Made by a program: the position numbers and the translations under genes
Assembly: GCA_964622775.1 (NCBI GenBank)
Contig: CAZUSO010000004.1
Location: forward strand, 520 to 64,519
Direction: 5' to 3'
Length of the DNA stretch: 64,000 nucleotides
From: an uncultured Taibaiella sp.
GTDB taxonomy: Bacteria > Bacteroidota > Bacteroidia > Chitinophagales > Chitinophagaceae
In this document: positions 57,446-64,000 of the stretch, one piece after another
How positions within the stretch are numbered: position 1 is the first letter of the stretch
Layout of the letters: each line of letters starts with the position of its first letter
Notes under the pieces: model-generated
What the model was told of the DNA's origin: nothing
The model's input: only the letters and a program-made list of their open reading frames with translations
The model's database searches: none

Positions 57446-58300
57446 ATGAAAAAGTACGCCATTTTAATTATTGCTTTATTGTTCATCGCCTTATGTGCAG
57501 ATGTATTCGGACAAAACAAATCTCCATATCCATTTAAAGTTCAAAAAACGGGACAAGGAAAACAATCTATTATTTTCATTCCGGGATTTGCCAGTTCAGG
57601 CGATGTATGGAACGAAACGAAAACAAAATTTGAGCCGGAATATACTTGCTATACGCTTACAATGGCTGGGTTTGCGGGTGTAAAGCCACAAGAAAATGCG
57701 ACCTTCATTAACTGGGAAAATCGTATCGCCGACTTCATTAAAGACAATAAAATTGAAAAACCAATCCTTATTGGACACAGTATGGGTGGAGGCCTAGCAC
57801 TTGCCATCGCTGCGGATTACCCTGATTTGATTAATAAAATCGTAGTAATAGATGCCTTGCCTTGTCTTGCTGCATTAATGAATCCTTCATTTAAAAGTAA
57901 AGATAATAATGATTGTTCGGCTATTGTGAGTCAAATGAGAGACATGAATAACGACCAGTTTTACCAAATGCAAAGAATGTCAATGCAAAGGCTGATGGCT
58001 GATACCACTATGCGGGAAACAGCTGTGGGTTGGAGTATGAAATCGGACCGAAAAACTTTTGCAGAAATGTATTGCGACTTTTCAAACACCGATTTAAGGG
58101 GAAAAATTAAAGCCATACAATGTCCCGCACTCGTCTTACTAGAGTCTTATTTCGCTACTTTGAAGCCCAATATTGAAGAGCAATACAACAACTTGAAAAC
58201 TGTCCATTTTCAATATGCAGACAAAGGGTTACACTTCATTATGTTTGACGCCAAAGATTGGTATTTCATGCAACTCTTAAATTTTATCCCTGTTAAGTAA
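57446..58300 (+). CDS. secreted alpha/beta hydrolase
   Basis: It has a signal peptide and the nucleophile elbow GHSMGG in 284 aa. Confidence 0.85.
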   Translation: MKKYAILIIALLFIALCADVFGQNKSPYPFKVQKTGQGKQSIIFIPGFASSGDVWNETKTKFEPEYTCYTLTMAGFAGVKPQENATFINWENRIADFIKDNKIEKPILIGHSMGGGLALAIAADYPDLINKIVVIDALPCLAALMNPSFKSKDNNDCSAIVSQMRDMNNDQFYQMQRMSMQRLMADTTMRETAVGWSMKSDRKTFAEMYCDFSNTDLRGKIKAIQCPALVLLESYFATLKPNIEEQYNNLKTVHFQYADKGLHFIMFDAKDWYFMQLLNFIPVK

Positions 58301-58770
58301 TGCAGTTTGAAGAAATATATAACACCTATTGGCAAAAAATATTTCGGCTGTGTATGGGCTATGTGAACAATATTGAAGCAGCACAGGATTTAACGCAGGA
58401 AACATTCATTATTGTCTGGCAACAATTGCATAAGTTCAGAAATGAATCCGACATGGGTACCTGGATTTTCAGAATTGCTTCCAACAATTGTTTACGGCAA
58501 ATAGAGAAAGATAAACGTATGATAAGAACCGGATTGCCCGTACAATTGAAAGAAGATAAAACGGAATCTATTGAACCGCAAATTCAATTACTTTATCAAT
58601 TTATAGCTGAACTACCCGAAACAGACCGCATAATCATTTCATTAGAACTGGAAGATGTGAAACAAACCGAAATCGCAAATATTACCGGGCTTTCTGAAGC
58701 CAATATCAGGGTAAAAATTCATCGTATCAAAGAAAAACTAACACAAAAATTTAAAGTAAATGCAACATGA
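58300..58770 (+). CDS. ECF-type RNA polymerase sigma-70 family factor
   Basis: It has region 2 (AQDLTQETFIIVWQ) and region 4 (ETDRIIISLELEDVKQTEIANITGLSEANIRVKIHRIKEKL). Its start overlaps the upstream stop (TAATG). Confidence 0.9.
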   Translation: MQFEEIYNTYWQKIFRLCMGYVNNIEAAQDLTQETFIIVWQQLHKFRNESDMGTWIFRIASNNCLRQIEKDKRMIRTGLPVQLKEDKTESIEPQIQLLYQFIAELPETDRIIISLELEDVKQTEIANITGLSEANIRVKIHRIKEKLTQKFKVNAT

Positions 58771-59353
58771 AATTGACTTTAAAAACATTTGGCAACAACA
58801 AAAAATTAGCCCGCCCGACATACAAGGATTGTTCGCAAAACTGAAACAGTTCAGGAAACAAAATGTATTGAAATTGATTTTTCTCAATATAGCACTGACA
58901 GGCACTTGCGGCTTCATTATTTATATCTGGCTACATTATCAGCCGCAGTTTATCAGCACAAAAATCGGCATTGTTTTAGTCATTTTAGCTATGGTAATTT
59001 ATCTGATTGCTTACAACAAACAGTTGCTACTATTAAAAGCGTTGAACGGTAATCAAAGCAATACCGACTATTTGCAAAATCTGATTGCACTCAAGCGCAA
59101 CCAGAAGCATTTACAAACCACTATGCTGAATTTGTATTTTCTATTACTTTCCTCAGGTATTTGCTTGTATATGTATGAGTTCGCCTTACAAATGGTCAAA
59201 CTTTGGAGTATAGTTGCTTATGCCGCAACTTTATCCTGGATTGCTTTTCATTGGTTTTTTACCAGGCCTAAAACAATCAAAAAGCAGCAACAAAAAATTG
59301 ATGAACTCATTAACAGGTTTGAAGCTGTAAACAAATATTTGAAGGACGAATAA
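58760..59353 (+). CDS. hypothetical 4-TM membrane protein (positional candidate anti-sigma factor)
   Basis: The 197 aa product overlaps the sigma gene by 11 nt. It has no HxxxCxxC zinc anti-sigma motif. Confidence 0.55.
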   Translation: MQHEIDFKNIWQQQKISPPDIQGLFAKLKQFRKQNVLKLIFLNIALTGTCGFIIYIWLHYQPQFISTKIGIVLVILAMVIYLIAYNKQLLLLKALNGNQSNTDYLQNLIALKRNQKHLQTTMLNLYFLLLSSGICLYMYEFALQMVKLWSIVAYAATLSWIAFHWFFTRPKTIKKQQQKIDELINRFEAVNKYLKDE

Positions 59354-59735
59354 AAGACTTCCGCAATAACTAAGTCGTTATTTTCTCTGTAATACGAATC
59401 ACATGTGACCTTTTTGAACAAAAACTTTCAGCAATCTCGTTCATATTATCGAATACCGGAAGTTTTATCGTGACGGAACCGGACAATATGAAGTTGTTTT
59501 TTACACTGCATTGCTGAAAAGATAAACCCCGCTTTCAGAAAGTTTCCCCTCCTTTGCATTGAGCAGCATTTAGCATAGCAAATTATTTATGCACCAATAA
59601 CATTTCGATTTGGACATCTGGTGTCCTTATAGACAAACATCAGCAGGACAGAACAACCATGCATGGCATTACGCCTATTTTCAACAACGAATAAATTTTT
59701 TAAAAAAATAGGGAACCAAAAGGTTACGCATATAT

Positions 59736-60071
59736 TTACAACCAAAGACTTGCACATTTTGACCGCTTGCGAATTAATAAATTCTCCATGAAATACATCC
59801 CATAGAAACGCAACGCTTTCATATTCTCTCTTACTGACTTTGAGTTTTTTTCATGTCCCTTATAGTCTAATTGGACGGTTACCTTCAGGCCGCTTTGGGT
59901 GATGGTGGTTGAAATAATATCTATTACAAATTGAATATCCACCAGAGGCTTAGCCTTCCAGTTCATGGAAATATGGGAAAATATCGGGCATAGCGGAGGA
60001 ATCCAAAAATCTTCTATTCCAGACAGCCCGCTAAGGTACCCTACCTGCTTCGTAAAAGCCCTTTCATACAC
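59736..60071 (-). CDS. hypothetical protein or gene fragment
   Basis: It has a GTG start, and the open frame extends upstream to about 60137 without an ATG. I recognised no family and it may be a relic. Confidence 0.3.
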   Translation of the reverse strand: MYERAFTKQVGYLSGLSGIEDFWIPPLCPIFSHISMNWKAKPLVDIQFVIDIISTTITQSGLKVTVQLDYKGHEKNSKSVRENMKALRFYGMYFMENLLIRKRSKCASLWL

Positions 60072-60270
60072 TACATGATTTTCATCCCCACGGGATAACG
60101 GGGCTTCAGGTCGCCTCTTTTTACCGGATAGCTCTCATCAGATTCGGATGCTCATTTTCCCATTCCGAATCAAAAAAACACGTCTTCAATAAGTAGTGGT
60201 TTGAAGCAAGCAAAGCCCTTGCTAATTTTAGGGCAATTCATTATCTGCAAACCAAATAAAACGAAAACGT

Positions 60271-61386
60271 ATGCTTAAACATTACAAAAAACAAATCAGC
60301 GGAATACTTTTGGGAATCGCTTTGCTGTGTTCCCAGCAACTTTACGCCAATGTGCAGGTCATTATGGCGGGCGGCTCCAGCGGAATGAGCTTTATACCAT
60401 CATCGGGCGTTACACTCAGCCTGGGTGATACTGTCGTATGGATATGGGATAACGGGCTTCACACGACTACCAGCACCACCATACCCGCCGGTGCCACACC
60501 CTGGGATGAAGTGATTTCATCCTCCAGCCCCTCCTATATGTATGTCCCAACTGTTCCCGGAATCTACAATTATAAATGCATACCGCACGAATCCATGGGT
60601 ATGACAGGTTCATTTACCGTCTGTAGCCCGCCAGCTGTACCAGCCATAAGCCCTGCGGATCCCGTAATAGCCTGCGCCGGAGATTCCGCAAGCCTGTTGT
60701 CGGCATCCTCAGAGGCAGGAGCCACATTTCAATGGAACTTAAATGGGAATCCGATAAATGAAGCAACGAATCCGCAATTATTGCCGGACGAATCGGGAAG
60801 CTATACCTGCACGGTTACGAATCCTTGCGGCAGTGCTACTTCCGATGCCGTTTCCGTTACCTTAGAGCCGGCGCCTTCACCTGCATTTTCATTTACAGTG
60901 AATAATATGCAGGCCATATTCAGTAATACTACAGCGGATACCGCAGCTATCACCTGGTTGTGGGATTTTGGAGACGGCGACACAGATACCGGCACGAATA
61001 CGCAGCATACTTATGTAGTATCGGGAAATTATACGGTTGTTTTGACCGCTACCTTTACTACCGGAAGCAATTGTGCCGGCATGGCAAATGCTGTGGTAGC
61101 CATTGGCAATGTAGGTATTAAGGATTTCCCCGGAAATGACGAAGGCGACTATATAGTCAGCCCTAACCCGGCCTCGGACTATCTGAATATCCGCGTTCCA
61201 TCCACCACCATCCTAACAGCCGGCATCTATGATTATACAGGAAGAATCGTCATGCCGATGAAATCGATGAGTCCGCAACAGGGGATCCTCAGCATAGACA
61301 TCAACAGGCTGAAACCGGGTAATTATCTGACCCTGATTCGTGTCAGGGACAAAGTGATCGTTAGAAAATTCACCCTGGTTCGTTAG
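60271..61386 (+). CDS. T9SS type A sorting domain protein with an N-terminal cupredoxin (plastocyanin-like) domain and a PKD domain
   Basis: The type-1 copper ligand pattern is GLHTT...YKCIPHESMGMTGSFTV and the PKD motif is WDFGDGDTD. The C-terminal sorting domain reads SPNPASDYLNI...GIYDYTGRIV...LKPGNYL.... Confidence 0.82.
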   Translation: MLKHYKKQISGILLGIALLCSQQLYANVQVIMAGGSSGMSFIPSSGVTLSLGDTVVWIWDNGLHTTTSTTIPAGATPWDEVISSSSPSYMYVPTVPGIYNYKCIPHESMGMTGSFTVCSPPAVPAISPADPVIACAGDSASLLSASSEAGATFQWNLNGNPINEATNPQLLPDESGSYTCTVTNPCGSATSDAVSVTLEPAPSPAFSFTVNNMQAIFSNTTADTAAITWLWDFGDGDTDTGTNTQHTYVVSGNYTVVLTATFTTGSNCAGMANAVVAIGNVGIKDFPGNDEGDYIVSPNPASDYLNIRVPSTTILTAGIYDYTGRIVMPMKSMSPQQGILSIDINRLKPGNYLTLIRVRDKVIVRKFTLVR

Positions 61387-61461
61387 CCTTCGGAATGAAA
61401 TTTGAGCGTGCAGCCACCTTTAAGTAAAGCTCGTACTACAATGCATAAGATTGCTTCATGC

Positions 61462-61505
61462 AAAAAATCCTGTCAGATTACCCCCTAATCTGACAGGATT
61501 TTTCT
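61462..61505. terminator. bidirectional intrinsic terminator
   Basis: A perfect 14-bp stem aatcctgtcagatt/aatctgacaggatt is flanked by an A-run and a T-run. Confidence 0.88.
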
Positions 61506-61619
61506 TAATAGATGGCGGTTCAATTGTCGTTGTTTTTTACAAAACTCATCATTGGCAGACAAGAAGCCATGAGACCATCTCCCAACAACAATATTCATCC
61601 CTTATGCTGAATGATTATT

Positions 61620-62420
61620 TCAACCGGAGGCAGGTTTCCTGCTGATGACGGCATACAGGCAGGTTGTTACGAAATTGCGCAGCACAGGTATATCACCGAG
61701 GACCGGTATTTTACCCCGTGTTTTAATTTTGAATTTTATTTCATAATTCGGATTGATGAAATACGGCGTTTTCAGTCTGAACTGATAGCCGGCCTGAACC
61801 ACGGCTCTTTCAAAACGCTCTATGCTGATACCGGTTTTCTTAATGTCAGTAAATTCGCTGATATTATGTTCGCTTTCTCCGCTTTTTTTCAGCATGTACC
61901 GATAAAGCCTCATAGGTAAAAGATGAAGAAACGGCGCATGACGAATCCATTTGATACCGGAGATCTGCTGATGCCCGCCAAAAGGCATTTGCCAGGGGGG
62001 AAATCCAAAAAAGATGACACCATCTTCCTTCAAAAACCGTTTTACAAAACCCATAAATTTTTCCTGATCGGGAATATGCTCAATTACATCGCGCATCATG
62101 ATGATGTCGAAGGTTCCGGTCTCTTCTGCCACAGTATTATAAATATTTTTGTATATAAACTTTGGCATCCGGATTCCCGGAATTTCCCGGAAAATTTCTC
62201 CTGCAATCTGAATCCGGCCGGCGTCTAAATCCACACCCACACACTCGCATTGCATTTGGGCAAAAGGCAGCAGGTTGCCACCTTCGCCGCAGCCGATTTC
62301 CAAAACCCGACTGCCGGCATCAATCTTTTTCACCTGTTCAATATAAGGAATTACAAACCGGCGGGTAGTATGCGATTGCTCGTCAAAATATAGTTTACGG
62401 TTGAAATAGCGTTCGTGCAT
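61620..62420 (-). CDS. class I SAM-dependent methyltransferase
   Basis: Motif I reads VLEIGCGEGGNL. The start is set at MHERYF (ATG at 62420). Confidence 0.85.
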   Translation of the reverse strand: MHERYFNRKLYFDEQSHTTRRFVIPYIEQVKKIDAGSRVLEIGCGEGGNLLPFAQMQCECVGVDLDAGRIQIAGEIFREIPGIRMPKFIYKNIYNTVAEETGTFDIIMMRDVIEHIPDQEKFMGFVKRFLKEDGVIFFGFPPWQMPFGGHQQISGIKWIRHAPFLHLLPMRLYRYMLKKSGESEHNISEFTDIKKTGISIERFERAVVQAGYQFRLKTPYFINPNYEIKFKIKTRGKIPVLGDIPVLRNFVTTCLYAVISRKPASG

Positions 62421-62648
62421 TATTATATTCTTGCGTGCCGTGGGTAAAAGTAAAAAACATCGGCAAAATATCCGGATAAAAATTTTCAGGGTGGCATCCA
62501 AAATTGCCGTACTATAATGACGTTGTATTTTTTGTTATTATCAAAGTGTCGTCATTCCGAAAAGGAAATTCCAAATTACGCTTAATCTGATCAGTATTCT
62601 CGCGTGGAGCAATTTAGACTGCGCCCATTTTCAGCACCTTTTGAGGAA

Positions 62649-62686
62649 TAAAAAAACAGTTGCATCTGGCGGGCACAACTGTTTTT
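62649..62686 (-). terminator. intrinsic terminator downstream of the glutamate dehydrogenase gene
   Basis: The stem aacagttg/caactgtt has a 13-nt loop and is followed by a U-run on the minus strand. Confidence 0.7.
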
Positions 62687-62710
62687 CGCTATAAGCAATA
62701 AGAGAAAAGA

Positions 62711-64000
62711 TTAAGGGAAAATACCCAATTCTTCATAAGCTACGCCAACTTTATTGATGGAGCAGATAAAGGCAGCCGTACGCATATCTTCGACGCCGTT
62801 AGTTGATTTGAAGGTTTCGCGAATCTCATTGTAGGACCCGATCATCGTATCTTCAAGGCCGGAATATACCAGATCCACTTCATCCGGGCCGTGTAACAAT
62901 ATCTGCCGTTCAGTTTCATTCACACGTTGTCCGGTCAGGGCTTCCATAGAGCGTACAATCTCGGCATACTGGTTTTCGCTAAAGCGCTTTTCCAGACGGC
63001 CGTATCGTACGTGGCTGAGATTTTTTAACCATTCAAAATAAGAAACCGTAACCCCGCCTGCATTCAGGTACATATCCGGGACTACTACGATACCTTTTTT
63101 ATTCAGGATAACATCCGCATCGGGAGTAATCGGGCCATTTGCCGCTTCACCGATAATCTTCGCTTTGATATTGGCGGCATTTCCACCATGTATCACGCTT
63201 TCTAATGCAGCAGGAATCAAGATGTCACATTCCAGCTCCAGCGTATCCGCACTAACCGGGATATTCTGTGCGCCGGGGAAGTTCAGGATGGATTTTGTTT
63301 CGCGGCGGTGCTGCATCACCTTTTCCAAATCCAGCCCGTTCTCATTATAGATACCGCCTTCGTATTCGGCAAGGCCAATCAGGATGGCGCCACCCTGCTG
63401 GAAGTATTTGGCAGCATGATAGCCTACATTTCCCAATCCTTGTACAACCACTTTTTTGCCGGCAATACCGGTGGTAAGCCCCAGGTCCTTCATATCTTCA
63501 GTATTGCCTACCATTTCCCGAATGCCATAATAGACACCCAGGCCGGTGGCTTCGGTACGGCCACGAACGCCGCCCTGAGCTATGGGCTTTCCGGTAACGC
63601 AAGCCTGTGAGTTCAGCTCTCCCGGATTTAGCGATGCATAGGTATCTACGATCCAGCTCATTTCGCGTGCACCGGTTCCATAATCCGGAGCCGGTACATC
63701 AATGCCCGGTCCGATGAAATTTTTCTTGGCCAGCTCGGAAGTATAACGACGGGTGATTTTTTCTAATTCAAATGAGGTGTATTTTTTAGGATCAATTCTA
63801 ATACCGCCTTTACCGCCTCCAAAAGGAACATTCACAATAGCGCATTTGTAAGTCATTAATGCGGCTAACGCCATTACCTCGTCCTGGTTAACTTCCAGGC
63901 TGTACCGGATACCGCCTTTACAGGGCAGTTTGTGATGGGAGTGTTGCACGCGATAGGCTTCGATTACTTCCACATTATCGCCGATGCGAACGGGAAATTT
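62711..64000 (-). CDS. Glu/Leu/Phe/Val dehydrogenase family protein (glutamate dehydrogenase-like), N-terminus beyond the window end
   Basis: It has KGGIRY, the catalytic-Lys block [10 protein letters not shown] and the Rossmann motif GLGNVG. The frame is still open at 64000. Confidence 0.9.
   Translation of the reverse strand, partial: KFPVRIGDNVEVIEAYRVQHSHHKLPCKGGIRYSLEVNQDEVMALAALMTYKCAIVNVPFGGGKGGIRIDPKKYTSFELEKITRRYTSELAKKNFIGPGIDVPAPDYGTGAREMSWIVDTYASLNPGELNSQACVTGKPIAQGGVRGRTEATGLGVYYGIREMVGNTEDMKDLGLTTGIAGKKVVVQGLGNVGYHAAKYFQQGGAILIGLAEYEGGIYNENGLDLEKVMQHRRETKSILNFPGAQNIPVSADTLELECDILIPAALESVIHGGNAANIKAKIIGEAANGPITPDADVILNKKGIVVVPDMYLNAGGVTVSYFEWLKNLSHVRYGRLEKRFSENQYAEIVRSMEALTGQRVNETERQILLHGPDEVDLVYSGLEDTMIGSYNEIRETFKSTNGVEDMRTAAFICSINKVGVAYEELGIFP

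Noticed and set aside
1-64000. CRISPR arrays, rRNA genes, intact prophage, integron or conjugative modules, and known defence-system gene sets.
   Set aside because: I saw no regularly spaced 25-40 nt repeats, no rRNA-like stretches, and no integrase, recombinase, cas, RT or restriction-like ORFs in any frame of the track.

Overview
This 64 kb window is a chromosomal segment of a Bacteroidota-type genome. The evidence for that assignment is T9SS type A and type B C-terminal sorting domains, a fused MurF-Alr gene, recurrent TAnnTTTG -7 promoter boxes, no Shine-Dalgarno signals and roughly half G+C. About 50 CDS are supportable and most are housekeeping. They include rpsL-rpsG, dnaA, rplK-rplA-rplJ-rplL, glnS, aspS, queA, engB, plsY, recN, ribD, purL, scoA/scoB, a glutamate dehydrogenase, a SurA-like PPIase and a MurF/Alr fusion. 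There are three tRNA genes: Pro-TGG, Ser-GCT and Ser-GGA. There is no rRNA, no CRISPR array and no intact mobile element. Accessory or decayed material is limited to five places: an IS4-family transposase relic (2.3-3.3 kb), a frameshifted PIN/VapC-like gene with a palindromic operator (28.9-29.4 kb), an AT-rich islet carrying a translationally coupled secreted alpha/beta-hydrolase, ECF sigma and membrane-protein operon (57.1-60.2 kb), two T9SS cargo proteins, and a 1808-aa thioester alpha-2-macroglobulin lipoprotein. I did not find a convincing novel multi-gene system such as a defence island, retroelement or secretion locus. The leads most worth a second look are all small. (1) A 1 kb ORF-free spacer downstream of rpsG contains a repeat family whose substitutions look protein-coding. 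(2) A strong orphan intrinsic terminator/palindrome sits in the 630 bp glnS-divergent spacer. (3) Two short tandem arrays lie downstream of purL, one of them CAATC phased at exactly 10 bp. (4) The AT-rich hydrolase-ECF sigma islet has a candidate ECF-type promoter. (5) Several synteny breaks: truncated str and rplKAJL clusters, convergent scoA/scoB, and a sensor kinase apparently split from its membrane domain. All function calls come from reading the translated ORFs for family motifs. No database search was run.
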